Part shown: piece after piece, positions 1 to 10,690 of the stretch
Position numbering within the stretch: position 1 is the stretch's first letter
Layout of the letters: each line of letters begins with the position of its first letter
From: Nitrospirota bacterium
GTDB taxonomy: Bacteria > Nitrospirota > Thermodesulfovibrionia > Thermodesulfovibrionales > Dissulfurispiraceae
Reading direction: 5' to 3'
Assembly (NCBI GenBank): GCA_963790025.1
Contig: CAWBMP010000005.1
Coordinates: 160,001 to 224,000 of the forward strand
DNA length: 64,000 bases
Translations under genes and position numbers: made by a program
The notes under the pieces: generated by a model
The model's database searches: none
Told to the model about the DNA's origin: nothing
The model's input: the letters and a program-made list of their open reading frames with translations, nothing else

Positions 1-16
1 GATAATCCTGAATCGC

Positions 17-532
17 GTGATCGACAGGGAAGTCAGGCAAAATATTCTTGTTACCGAACGTGAGATAGACGCCTATCTTGCCGAGCATAAAGACGCTGTA
101 AAAGACAGCGAGGGGTTTGATATGAGCCAGATTGTGCTCAAGAAAACCGGTGATGACAAGCAACTGGAGCAAAAGGCCAAGGACATCTATAATAGGCTTA
201 AAGCCGGCGATAGCTTTGCAGATATTGCACGGCAATATTCGGATGACCCAACTGCGCGGAATGGCGGAGAAGTCGGTTTCGTGCGGCAATGTGATATGTC
301 AAAGGAATTTTTGGATATCTGTTCCGGCATTAAGGCCGGCGAAATAAGCGGGCCGATATGGAGAAGCGATGGTATATATATCATCAGGGTAAATGAAGCA
401 AAGGTATTCAAGACCACACAAGAAATACGGGAGGCGATACGGCAGAAGCTGCTCAATGAAAAATTCGATGCCGACTTGAAAAGCTGGTCAAGAGGATTGC
501 GCGAAAGATCGTACGTCGAATTAAAGATATAA
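17..532 (+). CDS. SurA/PpiC-type (parvulin) peptidyl-prolyl isomerase, probably 5'-truncated by the window edge
   Basis: Rotamase motifs 'SFADIARQYSDDPTARNGGEVGF' and 'GEISGPI'; SurA-like C-terminal helix. Confidence 0.85.
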   Translation: MIDREVRQNILVTEREIDAYLAEHKDAVKDSEGFDMSQIVLKKTGDDKQLEQKAKDIYNRLKAGDSFADIARQYSDDPTARNGGEVGFVRQCDMSKEFLDICSGIKAGEISGPIWRSDGIYIIRVNEAKVFKTTQEIREAIRQKLLNEKFDADLKSWSRGLRERSYVELKI

Positions 533-600
533 AAGGAAGGCAAAGGTAAAGGTATAGGTAGAGAGTAAGGCGTAAGTAAAGAAAAATCTTTACCTTTAGC
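533..600. repeat. Hexamer (AAGGTA-like) tandem repeat with a short inverted copy
   Basis: aaggcaaaggtaaaggtataggtagag...ctttacctttagc in the intergenic region. Confidence 0.55.
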
Positions 601-611
601 TGTATTTTATT

Positions 612-1385
612 TTGGAACAGAGAATTCAGAAGATACTGGCGCAAATGGGCATAGCCTCACGACGAAAGGCTGAGGAGCTTATTGCTGAAGGCAGGGTTAC
701 TGTCAACGGCAGGACGGCTGAAATAGGCATGAAGGCTGATTCTGTCAAGGACCACATCAAAGTCGATGGAAAACTCCTGACGCGGACTGAGCCGAAGGTA
801 TATCTGATTTTTAACAAACCCAAAGGTGTGGTGACGTCTCTTTTTGATCCCGAAGGCAGGCCTACGATAAAGGATTACCTGCAGCGCGTCAAATACCGCG
901 TGTTCCCTGTCGGGAGGCTGGATTATGATTCGGAAGGGCTGCTGCTTATAACTAATGACGGTGATTTTGCCCAGTCACTCCTGCATCCTTCTCATGAAGT
1001 ACCCAAGACGTATCTTGTGAAGATCAAGGGGCTGATCGAAGAGGAGCGCCTGGAAAAGCTCCGGCGTGGTGTGCGTCTCGAGGATGGGATGACGGCCCCT
1101 GCCAGGGTGAGAAGGATCAAGATGGGGAGGGCCTCGGAAAATAACCAGTGGCTCGAAATGACCATCCATGAGGGCAAAAAGCGGCAGGTGCGCAGGATGC
1201 TGGAGAAGGTCGGACATGACGTTGTAAAGCTCAAGAGAACAAGCATTAACGGTCTGAAACTGAGGGACCTGAAGCCGGGAGCATTCAGGCCGCTTGCACC
1301 GGAAGAATTGGTTATGATACAGAATGAAAGCAGCGGCCCGGCAGGAAAAGATAAAGTGAGCAGGAGGTTGCATGTTGAGAAATAA
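612..1385 (+). CDS. rluB: 23S rRNA pseudouridine synthase (RluB/RsuA family)
   Basis: N-terminal S4 domain '[21 protein letters not shown]'; catalytic '[18 protein letters not shown]'; TTG start. Confidence 0.9.
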   Translation: MEQRIQKILAQMGIASRRKAEELIAEGRVTVNGRTAEIGMKADSVKDHIKVDGKLLTRTEPKVYLIFNKPKGVVTSLFDPEGRPTIKDYLQRVKYRVFPVGRLDYDSEGLLLITNDGDFAQSLLHPSHEVPKTYLVKIKGLIEEERLEKLRRGVRLEDGMTAPARVRRIKMGRASENNQWLEMTIHEGKKRQVRRMLEKVGHDVVKLKRTSINGLKLRDLKPGAFRPLAPEELVMIQNESSGPAGKDKVSRRLHVEK

Positions 1386-3144
1386 ATGGTGCACCGCACT
1401 GAGTGCATCCGATATCGGTTCGCGCTGCACACTCGCCGGATGGGTCTTCAGGAGAAGGGACCACGGTGGCCTGATATTTGTCGATTTGCGTGACAGGAGC
1501 GGTATCGTTCAAGTTGTGTTCAGTCCTGATGTTTCCGGTGAGGTCCACTCACGTGCTCACGACCTCAGGGCTGAATTCGTCATATCGGTGACAGGCGAGG
1601 TGCGGAAAAGACCGGAAGGCACCGAAAATCCCGGTTTGCGCACAGGCATGATCGAACTGTATGCCGATGCCATCAAGGTGTTGAATGAAGCTGAAACTCT
1701 CCCGTTTCCAATGGAAGAAGCAGCTGAAGCATCAGAGTCATTGAGGCTGAAATACCGGTATCTCGACCTGAGGAGACCCGAACTGCAGCACAACCTTGTT
1801 GTGAGACACAAAACAGCAAAGGTCATAAGGGACTATCTGGATGAGCAGGGCTTTCTCGAGATAGAAACCCCGATGCTTACTAAATCCACACCCGAAGGAG
1901 CGCGGGACTATCTTGTGCCCAGCAGGCTCAACCAGGGACAGTTCTATGCATTGCCGCAATCGCCGCAGCTTTTCAAGCAGATACTCATGGTGTCGGGGCT
2001 CGAAAAATACTTCCAGATCGTCAAATGTTTCAGGGACGAGGACCTGAGGGCGGACCGGCAACCCGAATTTACGCAGGTTGATATAGAGATGTCCTTTATC
2101 GACATAGAGGACATTTTAACGCTTACTGAGGGCCTGCTTAAAACGCTGTTTCAGGAAGTGCTGCACAAAGACATTCGTTTGCCGTTTCAGCGCCTGAGTT
2201 TCACGGAATCGATGGAACGGTTTGGAAACGACAAGCCGGATCTGCGGTTCGGAATGGAACTCAGGGACATGGCAGACCTTGTCTCAAAAGGATCATTCAA
2301 AGTCTTTCTTGATGCCTTGGCGTCAAAAGGACGGGTCAAGGCAATTAACGGCAAGGGAATGGCTGGCATGACCCGGAAAGAAATCGACATGCTTACGGAA
2401 GAGGCCCAGTCTTTCGGCGCAAAGGGGCTTGCCTGGATAAAGGTCAAGAACGGCTTTGATTCTCCCATCGCTAAATTCTTTCCCGAAGAGGTGCTGCGCG
2501 GCATGGCCGAGAGGCTCGATGCAGCCGAAGGTGACCTAATGCTTTTTGTAGCCGATAAAGAAAAGGTCGTCCACGATGTGCTCAGCCGGATGAGGCTTGA
2601 GTTGGGGAAGCGTCTCGGCCTGATAAGAGAAGAATTCAACTTTGTATGGATAATTGATTTTCCCCTGCTGGAATGGGACGAAGACGAAAAACGTTTTGTC
2701 GCCATTCATCACCCCTTCACTTCGCCGGTGGACGATGATATCACGAAGCTCATTTCGACCGGTGGCAGTGGTCCTGAACTGCCTGCATCACTCAGGGCAA
2801 AGGCATATGATATTGTGCTGAACGGTTACGAGATCGGCGGCGGAAGCATCCGTATCCACAAGCGTGACGTGCAGAAAAAAATGTTTGAACTTCTCGGAAT
2901 TTCCAATGAAGAAGCACGGATGAAATTCGGCTTTCTCCTCGATGCCCTTGACTACGGGGCCCCTCCCCACGGCGGGATCGCGCTGGGGCTGGACAGACTG
3001 GTAATGCTGATGGTCGGAGCGTCTTCGATACGTGATGTAATAGCATTTCCTAAAACCCAGAAAGCTGTATGCCCCATGAGTGGCGCTCCTTCAACGGTCG
3101 AGAAAAAGCAGCTGAAGGAACTGTTTATAAAAGTGGACCTATAA
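1372..3144 (+). CDS. aspS: Aspartate--tRNA ligase
   Basis: '[15 protein letters not shown]', '[13 protein letters not shown]', '[16 protein letters not shown]', '[15 protein letters not shown]'. Confidence 0.98.
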   Translation: MLRNKWCTALSASDIGSRCTLAGWVFRRRDHGGLIFVDLRDRSGIVQVVFSPDVSGEVHSRAHDLRAEFVISVTGEVRKRPEGTENPGLRTGMIELYADAIKVLNEAETLPFPMEEAAEASESLRLKYRYLDLRRPELQHNLVVRHKTAKVIRDYLDEQGFLEIETPMLTKSTPEGARDYLVPSRLNQGQFYALPQSPQLFKQILMVSGLEKYFQIVKCFRDEDLRADRQPEFTQVDIEMSFIDIEDILTLTEGLLKTLFQEVLHKDIRLPFQRLSFTESMERFGNDKPDLRFGMELRDMADLVSKGSFKVFLDALASKGRVKAINGKGMAGMTRKEIDMLTEEAQSFGAKGLAWIKVKNGFDSPIAKFFPEEVLRGMAERLDAAEGDLMLFVADKEKVVHDVLSRMRLELGKRLGLIREEFNFVWIIDFPLLEWDEDEKRFVAIHHPFTSPVDDDITKLISTGGSGPELPASLRAKAYDIVLNGYEIGGGSIRIHKRDVQKKMFELLGISNEEARMKFGFLLDALDYGAPPHGGIALGLDRLVMLMVGASSIRDVIAFPKTQKAVCPMSGAPSTVEKKQLKELFIKVDL

Positions 3145-3152
3145 GAGCCAGG

Positions 3153-3959
3153 CTAAAAAGAAGTAGGCAGTAAGCTCTTTTGTGCGTTACCTAACGCCGG
3201 ACTGAACGCGGGTATTTGACAGTCGTAGACAACTTTGTTGCGCCCCGATCTCTTGGCGGAATAGAGGGCGTCGTCGGCGCGCTCGATGGTGTCCATCGGG
3301 CTGTTATCAAGATCGGAAACCGTGGCAATGCCTATACTTATGGACAAACTTATTTCGAAGTTATTATAGGGAACCTTTTGCTCGGCGATACTGCAGCGTA
3401 GGCGGTCGAGCGGAAGTGCGGCCCGGCTGCTGCTCGTATCAGGGAGGAGGACCAGGAACTCCTCGCCGCCGTATCTTATAAGAATATCGCATTCCCGAAG
3501 CCCCGCCTTGAGTGTGGATGCAAGGTAAGTCAAAACTTTGTCGCCCGCCAGATGCCCATACGTGTCATTAATAGCTTTGAAGTGGTCGGCATCGACCATG
3601 GCAACTGAGAGAGTAGTACTACTTCTCTTTGCCCTGGCGAATTCCTCATTCAGGCGGATGAGGCCGGCACGGCGGTTGTAAACCTTAGTGAGTTCGTCAT
3701 AAAGATAATCATTTTGCAATGAGGCATAAGACGCGGTCAGGGTCGATTCTGTTTTCCGCACGAAATAGCCGTTTACGAACAATAGGTTAGCTGAACAGAG
3801 CATGAGCCCCCCCGATGCGGTCAATATTGCCACCTTCGATATTGCAAAGCCAAGGCATATCAGGACAACCGGGACGATAACGGCGAGAACAAGCATATTC
3901 AGGAGTATCATCCGGTTCAAGTATTTGGCAAGGTCATTTATTACCGATTTGAATCCCAT
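3153..3959 (-). CDS. Membrane-anchored diguanylate cyclase (2 TM + GGDEF)
   Basis: 'DELTKVYNRR', 'DADHFKAINDTYGHLAGD', RxxD I-site followed by 'RYGGEEF'. Confidence 0.93.
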   Translation of the reverse strand: MGFKSVINDLAKYLNRMILLNMLVLAVIVPVVLICLGFAISKVAILTASGGLMLCSANLLFVNGYFVRKTESTLTASYASLQNDYLYDELTKVYNRRAGLIRLNEEFARAKRSSTTLSVAMVDADHFKAINDTYGHLAGDKVLTYLASTLKAGLRECDILIRYGGEEFLVLLPDTSSSRAALPLDRLRCSIAEQKVPYNNFEISLSISIGIATVSDLDNSPMDTIERADDALYSAKRSGRNKVVYDCQIPAFSPALGNAQKSLLPTSF

Positions 3960-4007
3960 ATGCGACTTATTCTCCTATCAGGTTATCGCAGCTTTATAAT
4001 TAATTTA

Positions 4008-4024
4008 TGCAAAAATTATGCCTA
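4008..4024 (-). promoter_or_regulatory. Sigma-54 (-24/-12) promoter for the GGDEF gene
   Basis: Minus strand reads TAGGCATAATTTTTGCA, i.e. GG-N10-GC, about 50 bp upstream of the start codon. Confidence 0.65.
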
Positions 4025-4167
4025 ATTTTAAAAACATTCAAAAGCAAAGACGTATTTAACTGATTGGGCCATTGCTAGAGCAATTAGGCCTTAAAGCTCG
4101 ACATTTTTTTCCGCCCTGGCAAATATTTCCTATCAAGTCAGGGTCTACTCTAAAGTTTCTTTTTTAA

Positions 4168-4209
4168 AATCCGATAAATATGTCAAATTAATGACATAAT
4201 TATCGGATT
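4168..4209. promoter_or_regulatory. 18-bp inverted repeat with GTCA-N6-TGAC core; candidate enhancer-binding-protein site
   Basis: aatccgataaatatgtca-aattaa-tgacataattatcggatt; 17/18 complementary. Confidence 0.7.
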
Positions 4210-4291
4210 GCATAACGGTCCAGTGGCCCGAAAAATACGAATATCACATCACAAAGAGGCCATATTGCCTTGCGGGACACAAAAGGCAAAT

Positions 4292-4308
4292 CCGGCACGA
4301 CATTTGCT
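4292..4308 (+). promoter_or_regulatory. Sigma-54 (-24/-12) promoter for pilMNOPQ
   Basis: CCGGCACGACATTTGCT matches YTGGCAC-N5-TTGCW (GG-N10-GC). Confidence 0.75.
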
Positions 4309-4402
4309 AGTAATATGTAAGGTTAAATATGCCAATAGCAAATAGCGGCATTTACTATAGAATTGTATAATAGAGAAAAAAATAAAACCGTCAGGATGAT
4401 TG

Positions 4403-5461
4403 ATGTTCTTTAAAAAGAAACAACCAATAGGACTTGATATCGGTTCGGGCTATATAAAGGCAGTCCAACTCAGTGACACCAAAGAAGGGTATGAGCTCTC
4501 TTTTATGGGCATAATGCCGCTGGCCCATGAAATTATTATCGAAGGGACTATTGCCGATAAAAAGAGACTGAAAGCTGCCATAAAGGATCTTTTGAAAGGT
4601 GGTAGCGCCCGAGGCGGCAGTGCAATTATAGGCGTATCGGGACATTCGTCGGTTATCGTAAAGAAAATAGTGATACCATTGATGACCGCGGACGAATTTG
4701 CCATCTCTATAAAATATGAGGCGGAGCAATACATACCTTTTGATATTAACGATGTGAATATCGATTTTACGATTCTTGGTCCCAGACGGGATGAGGAGGG
4801 CCAGATGGATGTGCTCCTTGTTGCGGCCAAGAAGTCCGTAATCGCTGATTATCAAGAGGTGGTTGAGGGCGCCGGACTCGATCCCTTAATTCTGGATGTC
4901 GATGCTTTTGCCTTGAGCAATATGTATGAGCTGAATTACCAGGGTCTGGACAACAAGAATTTGGCGCTCGTCAATGTCGGGGCCAGCAAAACGAATATTA
5001 ATGTGTTGCTCGGGGGCCAGCCGGTTTTCACAAGAGACAGTGCTATGGGCAGCAACCTGCATAACGAGATGTTGCAGAGGATGCTCGATATCTCCCATGC
5101 GGATGCGGAGACGCTGAAGTTGGGAAGACCCGTCGCCGGCGTGTCGCCTGAACAGGCACAGTCTGCTCTTTTAAATGCTTCGGCTGAAATTTGCGCTGAA
5201 ATCGATCGGTCTTTTGAGTATTTCAGGAGCACCGCAGCCGAAGAAGAAGTGAGAGAAGTGGTCCTGAGCGGCGGTGCGGCCCTTATAAAGGGTTTCCCTG
5301 AAATGATGGCCGAGAAACTCGGTATGCGGGTGGAAGTGGCCGATCCCTTTAAGAAAATAATAATACCTGATAAGCTCAATCCCTCTTATATCAGGAAGAT
5401 TGCGCCCATTGCCGCTGTGTCGGTGGGGCTTGCGCTGAGGCGTGCCGGGGATGCTGGATGA
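4403..5461 (+). CDS. pilM: Type IV pilus assembly protein PilM
   Basis: Actin-like motifs 'IGLDIGSGYIKAVQL' and 'VVLSGGAA'; C-terminal 'AVSVGLALR'; first gene of an MNOPQ operon. Confidence 0.95.
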   Translation: MFFKKKQPIGLDIGSGYIKAVQLSDTKEGYELSFMGIMPLAHEIIIEGTIADKKRLKAAIKDLLKGGSARGGSAIIGVSGHSSVIVKKIVIPLMTADEFAISIKYEAEQYIPFDINDVNIDFTILGPRRDEEGQMDVLLVAAKKSVIADYQEVVEGAGLDPLILDVDAFALSNMYELNYQGLDNKNLALVNVGASKTNINVLLGGQPVFTRDSAMGSNLHNEMLQRMLDISHADAETLKLGRPVAGVSPEQAQSALLNASAEICAEIDRSFEYFRSTAAEEEVREVVLSGGAALIKGFPEMMAEKLGMRVEVADPFKKIIIPDKLNPSYIRKIAPIAAVSVGLALRRAGDAG

Positions 5462-5997
5462 TAAGAATTAATCTTTTAACGGAAAAAGGAAAAAGAAAAT
5501 TTAAAGGACCGGAAAACCTGGTCCGCGCCCTTGTCATAGTTAACCTGTCCGCATGGCTTATTGCCGGTGCGGTGATCGTGTGGCTGCATTTCAGGGTGGC
5601 ACAACTCGGTGACGAAACCTCGGCCAATAAAAAAGTCGTGGATACTCTTACAAAAAGGATCAACGAAACGAAAAAGTTTGAAAAACTGAATAAGGAACTC
5701 GGGGAGCAGAGCGAGCTGATAGAAACACTGCGTAAAAATCAATCGGTCCCTGTCAGGGTCCTCGATGAAGTGAGCATGCTTATTCCGGAAGGGGTGTGGC
5801 TCAATTCTCTTTTTTTTAAGGACGACGGCATCAACCTTGAAGGAAATGGGTTCTCAAATATTGATATCGTTGTCTTTATAGATAATTTGAAAAAGTCGCC
5901 GGACCTTTTGGATGTGTATCTGGATGAATCGAGGGAAGCAGAGATCGAGAAGGTCAAGGTATACAAGTTCAAGGCCCATTTCAAGGTGAAGGTATAG
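5458..5997 (+). CDS. pilN: Type IV pilus assembly protein PilN
   Basis: 'MIRINLL' PilM-binding motif, TM segment, coiled coil, 'IPEGVWL'. Confidence 0.93.
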   Translation: MIRINLLTEKGKRKFKGPENLVRALVIVNLSAWLIAGAVIVWLHFRVAQLGDETSANKKVVDTLTKRINETKKFEKLNKELGEQSELIETLRKNQSVPVRVLDEVSMLIPEGVWLNSLFFKDDGINLEGNGFSNIDIVVFIDNLKKSPDLLDVYLDESREAEIEKVKVYKFKAHFKVKV

Positions 5998-6005
5998 GGT
6001 TGGGC

Positions 6006-6647
6006 ATGGATATTAAAGCAGGCATAGACCAGATACATTCAAAGCTCGAAGCGGTTTCGCCGTCCCGGAAGAATATGCTGCTCATTATTCCTCCGTTACT
6101 GGTCATACTGCTGGCCGGTTATTTTTTTGGCATGCCTGCCTTTCACGAGAAGCGCATAATGGAAGAAGAGATCAGCAAACAGATGAGTGAAATCGGGACT
6201 CTCCAGAAGAAGTCGGCCAGACTTCCAGTACTGCAGGCTGAGAATCGGCGTCTTGAAGACAAACTGAAAGAATTGCAGTTTCAACTCCCCGTAGAGAAGG
6301 AGGTTTCAGGACTTTTGAGGCAGGTATCAGAACTTGGCGTGAAGTCGGGATTGCAGGTGGTCTCCTGGAAGCCGCGGGACAAGACCGTTCATGCCGGCAA
6401 CGAAGTCTATGATATTCCCGTTGACGTGGAAATGCGCGGGACGTATCATATGTTCAGGCAGTTTTTCAGCAACATAACAGGGCTTAACAGGATCGTCAAT
6501 ATAACCAATATCACAATGAAATTCGGGGACCAGAAGATGATCCCGCGAGGCGTCGCCGGGCTTAATGTGGGCTTTGTTGCAATAACGTATTCTTTAATAC
6601 CCGAAAGGGAAAAGAAGGAGTTACTGAAAAAGGGCCAAAAGAAATGA
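6006..6647 (+). CDS. pilO: Type IV pilus assembly protein PilO
   Basis: TM segment + coiled coil, 'LPVEKEVSGLL', 'GTYHMFRQFFSNITGLNRIVNI'; operon position. Confidence 0.92.
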   Translation: MDIKAGIDQIHSKLEAVSPSRKNMLLIIPPLLVILLAGYFFGMPAFHEKRIMEEEISKQMSEIGTLQKKSARLPVLQAENRRLEDKLKELQFQLPVEKEVSGLLRQVSELGVKSGLQVVSWKPRDKTVHAGNEVYDIPVDVEMRGTYHMFRQFFSNITGLNRIVNITNITMKFGDQKMIPRGVAGLNVGFVAITYSLIPEREKKELLKKGQKK

Positions 6648-7240
6648 AGAAACGGCTTCCATTAATACTTGCCGTCTCGGGTATATTGATTATTATTGCC
6701 GTCGCAGCTGTTGTGTATGAACTGCATTTTGGAGCACAGGCGGTTAAGGAGGCCGGAACTCCGCTACTGGGTCCGGTTGTTTCTCAGAGCAGGTCTTCGC
6801 CCCGGCCACAGAATACGCCGGGGCTGGAGAAGACGGGCCAGGCTATTCCTACGGGCACCCTGCAGGGGGTCAATGAAAAAACGGTCCCGTTTACTGCATA
6901 TGGCTATAATGCAAAAGACAGGAGGGACCCGTTTGCTACATTGATTCAGAAACCGGAAGGCGAGAGAAAGAAGGGGTCTGACCAGCTTCAGAATTATGAC
7001 GTTGCGGAATTGAAATTGACGGGAATTTTATGGAGCAATTCGGAATTTTATGCGGTGGTTTTAGCACCCGATGGTAAGAGTTATATCGTCGGTCAGGGAA
7101 GAAAGATCGGATTACATGGCGGAAACGTATATAAAATCACGAAGGACTCTGTTATCGTAAGAGAGTTGTTGAAGGATTACAGAGGAACCATTAAACCAAA
7201 AGATACTGATTTAAAGCTCCGCAGGGAGGAAGAGGCATGA
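6644..7240 (+). CDS. pilP: Type IV pilus assembly protein PilP
   Basis: 'RRDPF', 'LKLTGILW', 'APDGKSYIV..G.KIG..GG'; N-terminal TM segment with no lipobox Cys. Confidence 0.88.
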   Translation: MKKRLPLILAVSGILIIIAVAAVVYELHFGAQAVKEAGTPLLGPVVSQSRSSPRPQNTPGLEKTGQAIPTGTLQGVNEKTVPFTAYGYNAKDRRDPFATLIQKPEGERKKGSDQLQNYDVAELKLTGILWSNSEFYAVVLAPDGKSYIVGQGRKIGLHGGNVYKITKDSVIVRELLKDYRGTIKPKDTDLKLRREEEA

Positions 7241-9378
7241 AGATAAAGAACAGAAATCGTGCGGCTGCAGCGGGTTTTATTTTATCGCTTTCCATTGTGC
7301 TGGCGTCATTCTTGCCGTCTCCTGTATTAGGGAGCGCACTAAAACAGACTGAAATTATCGGCATTGAGATACTTGATAACGCCGTACAGATTAAAGCCGA
7401 TGCTCCGATAAAGTATAAGCTTTACAGGCCGGAGGACCCATTCAGGATTACGGTAGACATAGAAGACGCCCGTCTCGGAAAATTTCTGGACAGGATGTTT
7501 CCGGCCCGGGCCGGAATTACCGAAATTGAGCCCATTCAAATTTTGGAACCGGCTACCGTGGGGCGTTTTAACATACTGCTGCAGTCGCCCGCAACAATCA
7601 CGCCTGAAGTTAAGGACAATGTTCTTGTCCTCACAATAAAACCTGATGGAATGCTCACTGCAGGAACGGCCCCTGACAGTAAATCGCCTGATAACGGCAG
7701 GGCAGCCGGCCCCGTAGTCGGTCCGGCATACGGTAAAAGCGGCGACTCTGAAGAGACGGGTGCAGCTGCCGGGGAAATCGTTGAATTGCTCTTTAGTAAA
7801 ACTGACAATGGAGCGGCACTGGTCTTGAAAGGTGATGGCGAAATCCCGGACCCCAAGGTAATCGAACTCGGGAACAGGGTTATTATCGAAATCCCGGATA
7901 TTTTAATTAACGCCCCTCTGCCGCATAACATTGCCGCTCCGGTCAAAGCTATCAGTTATGACTACGGGAAAGACAATCTAAGGGTCATTATTGATATGAC
8001 GGACGGGGCGAAAGCTTCGGTGGAGGCGCTTGAAGACGAATTGGTTGTCGATATAGCCTCTAAAAGCATCGGTGACGGAAAGGGTGAAAAGTCGGGCACG
8101 GTTCAGCAGTCAGCTGCCCCAATGGTCTCTTTTGACGTTCAGGATGCCGATATTGTGACGATCATGCGGCTTTTAAGTGATGTGAGCGGATACAATATTG
8201 TTGTACATCCCGAGGTTAAGGGCAAGATCACTATGAAGCTTTTGAATGTGCCCTGGGACCAGGCGTTGGATCTGATCCTGAAGACCTTCCGCCTCGACAG
8301 GATTATCGAAGGTAATGTGATCAGGATTGCAACAATAAAGACATTTCAGGATGAGAAGAAGGCAGAGGCTGAAACGCAGGAACTGTTCGGTAAGACTGAA
8401 AGTGTAGAAACAAAGGTCTTTGAGGTGAACTATGCCAGTGTTGACAAAGTAAAGGATTCCATCGACAAGGCGAAGATACTTTCAGCCCGTGGTAATATCA
8501 GCACCGACATCAGGACACGCTCTATCATTGTGAATGACGTGTCCCATAGTCTCGAAGCAGTCCAGAAACTTATAGCGACTCTCGATAAGCCGACCCGGCA
8601 GGTACTTATAGAGGCAAGGATCGTCGATGTCTCAAAGAATTTCACTAATGAGCTCGGGGTCCAATGGAGCGGCTTCTGGAGTCCGACAGCAACAAAATCA
8701 GCTTTCGACTTGGTTGGTTCCAACCCTCCTACTGCAACTGCCGGATTGGATGGTACGCGAAATATTCTTCCCGGCTCCACTGCGGGCAGCCAGTATTTCC
8801 CTACACTCGTTAATCTCGGCACCAATGCTCCACCCTTCGGCGCTTTTACACTGGGATATCTGAACGCCAATCGGACGTTAGGGCTGGATCTGAGGCTGTC
8901 GGCGCTCGAATCCAACGGCAAGGGCAGGATCATTTCCAATCCCAAGATTATGACTGTGGACAATGAAAAGGCAGTGATCAAGCAGGGGCAAAGGATTCCC
9001 TATTCAACTGTTTCTCAATTCGGCACGCAGGTCCAGTTTATAGATGCCAGCCTTGATCTGATAGTTACACCCCAGGTCGGTCCGGACAAGGTCATCTTGC
9101 TGAATATTGAGGCCCACAATAATCAACCTAATTTCGCACAGCAGTCGCAGGGCCTTCCGACAATAAATACAAACGAGGCAACCACGCAGGTTCTGATAAA
9201 AAATGGAGAGACGGTCGTTATCGGCGGTGTTTTCAAACTGAATGAGACTGAAAGTGAAGACAGTGTCCCGGGCATTGCTAAAATACCCCTGCTGGGAAAT
9301 CTTTTCAAACATAATGCCAGTGCGTCGACTACTGAGGAACAGCTCATTTTCATTACGCCAAGAATCATAGAACAATGA
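7237..9378 (+). CDS. pilQ: Type IV pilus secretin PilQ
   Basis: Signal peptide, AMIN-like regions, 'LLNVPWDQALDLIL', 'QVLIEARIV', secretin C-terminus 'GETVVIGGV...IPLLGNLFK...LIFITPRII'. Confidence 0.96.
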   Translation: MKIKNRNRAAAAGFILSLSIVLASFLPSPVLGSALKQTEIIGIEILDNAVQIKADAPIKYKLYRPEDPFRITVDIEDARLGKFLDRMFPARAGITEIEPIQILEPATVGRFNILLQSPATITPEVKDNVLVLTIKPDGMLTAGTAPDSKSPDNGRAAGPVVGPAYGKSGDSEETGAAAGEIVELLFSKTDNGAALVLKGDGEIPDPKVIELGNRVIIEIPDILINAPLPHNIAAPVKAISYDYGKDNLRVIIDMTDGAKASVEALEDELVVDIASKSIGDGKGEKSGTVQQSAAPMVSFDVQDADIVTIMRLLSDVSGYNIVVHPEVKGKITMKLLNVPWDQALDLILKTFRLDRIIEGNVIRIATIKTFQDEKKAEAETQELFGKTESVETKVFEVNYASVDKVKDSIDKAKILSARGNISTDIRTRSIIVNDVSHSLEAVQKLIATLDKPTRQVLIEARIVDVSKNFTNELGVQWSGFWSPTATKSAFDLVGSNPPTATAGLDGTRNILPGSTAGSQYFPTLVNLGTNAPPFGAFTLGYLNANRTLGLDLRLSALESNGKGRIISNPKIMTVDNEKAVIKQGQRIPYSTVSQFGTQVQFIDASLDLIVTPQVGPDKVILLNIEAHNNQPNFAQQSQGLPTINTNEATTQVLIKNGETVVIGGVFKLNETESEDSVPGIAKIPLLGNLFKHNASASTTEEQLIFITPRIIEQ

Positions 9379-9379
9379 A

Positions 9380-9619
9380 TCACGTGTCCCAGGGGGAAAA
9401 TCCTTCCAGCAGCCTGACTCCCGCGAAGTAACAGCAGAGTTCGCTGTTGAGATCATTTATAAAGGAACGTTCCTTGCCGTCCTGAAAGAGGACCCTCACC
9501 AGGCAAAATCCGCCCGGCAAGTCAGAGTGTCTTTCCTCAATAACTTCCCCGCGCCCCCATGTTTTGTATCTGACATGTCTGACCTTGTCGCCCACTCTCA
9601 AATATAATCTGCACTTCAT
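9380..9619 (-). CDS. Small SH3/Tudor-like hypothetical protein (DUF3553-like), 79 aa
   Basis: 'LRVGDKVRH....WGRGEV' pattern; ATG at 9619 directly downstream of tonB. Confidence 0.65.
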   Translation of the reverse strand: MKCRLYLRVGDKVRHVRYKTWGRGEVIEERHSDLPGGFCLVRVLFQDGKERSFINDLNSELCCYFAGVRLLEGFSPWDT

Positions 9620-9641
9620 ATAATAATTATAACAAAGTGGT

Positions 9642-10517
9642 CTAGCGAATATATGTGCCCTGAAAGTAGTAAATGAAGCGGCCGGTAATGGTGAGCGAAC
9701 TCTCGTTCCAACTGTCGGGAAGCGGCCAGTAAGGATCCGCATCTCTTAAGGCCCTGATAGCTGCCTCGTCGAGGAAAGTATATCCGGAAGTGTGCACCAG
9801 TTCAACTGCGCCAAGTCTTCCGTCCTTTTTTATGGTGAATTTTATGTAGAGTTCACCGTTAATTCTTCTCTGCTCAGCTTCAGCAGGATACCTCCAGACT
9901 CCCTGGATCTTCTCCTTAAGGCGCTGCATATACCCGTAATACTTGTATTCTTTTGTATCGAAGGTAATGGCATTATCATTTTTTGACGTGCCTTCCCTGG
10001 TCGATCTGGCAAGGACCTCGGTATCGAAAAGTTTCTCCCGGGTTGTTCTGGCAGAAGGGAACTGCCGGCCGGTCTGAGAGGACCCTACGCCGCCGTTTCC
10101 CTTCATTGGTTGCTGTTCCGGCGCCAGGCCTTTCTGGTCAGGCTTCTGCTCGGGTTCCGAACTGCCCCGGGCCTGACTGTGTGCGGCATCGGGCGTTGCA
10201 GCTTTTTCAGAGGGAGCGGCAGGGCGTGCTTTCCTTGCGGGGGCTGAAGAAGAAGGTACAGCCGAGAACTCTTTCGGCGGCGGCAAATTCCTGGGAAGCT
10301 GCGGCATTCTGGAAAGTGGTGTTTCCTTTTGAGGCCGGGGCTTCCCGGATGGTGCTTTTTCCCTCATCTCTTCGGGAGTAATGATTGTTGCTATAAAAGG
10401 CGCAGTTTTCTTCTCCGGTTTGCTGGTTCGGATTATGATGATGGCCAGGAGGAGAATCATGAGATGAAATAATACGGAATAAACTAAATCTCTCTTCACA
10501 GTTCTATATTTTAACAC
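9642..10517 (-). CDS. TonB-family energy transducer
   Basis: N-terminal TM with 'SVLFH', Pro/Ala-rich linker, TonB_C 'WRYPAEA...KFTIKKDG...SGYTFLDEAAIRAL'. Confidence 0.88.
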   Translation of the reverse strand: MLKYRTVKRDLVYSVLFHLMILLLAIIIIRTSKPEKKTAPFIATIITPEEMREKAPSGKPRPQKETPLSRMPQLPRNLPPPKEFSAVPSSSAPARKARPAAPSEKAATPDAAHSQARGSSEPEQKPDQKGLAPEQQPMKGNGGVGSSQTGRQFPSARTTREKLFDTEVLARSTREGTSKNDNAITFDTKEYKYYGYMQRLKEKIQGVWRYPAEAEQRRINGELYIKFTIKKDGRLGAVELVHTSGYTFLDEAAIRALRDADPYWPLPDSWNESSLTITGRFIYYFQGTYIR

Positions 10518-10690
10518 AGCATATAAGACATGTTATAGCGTTTAACAGGAGCGTTACGGTCGACCAATGAAATGAAAAATTGTCATTGAGAATAATAATG
10601 AAGCAATTTTGTTTTTTTAAAAATTGCAGATTTTGCTTGAACTTTCTGAATCCAACAGGTAATATGTAAATCAAAACTAAGGAGGAGTAA

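Noticed and set aside
4270..4310. c-di-GMP riboswitch upstream of pilM (ggcaaa)
   Set aside because: The GAAA tetraloop stem and second stem are missing; the sequence is better explained as a sigma-54 promoter
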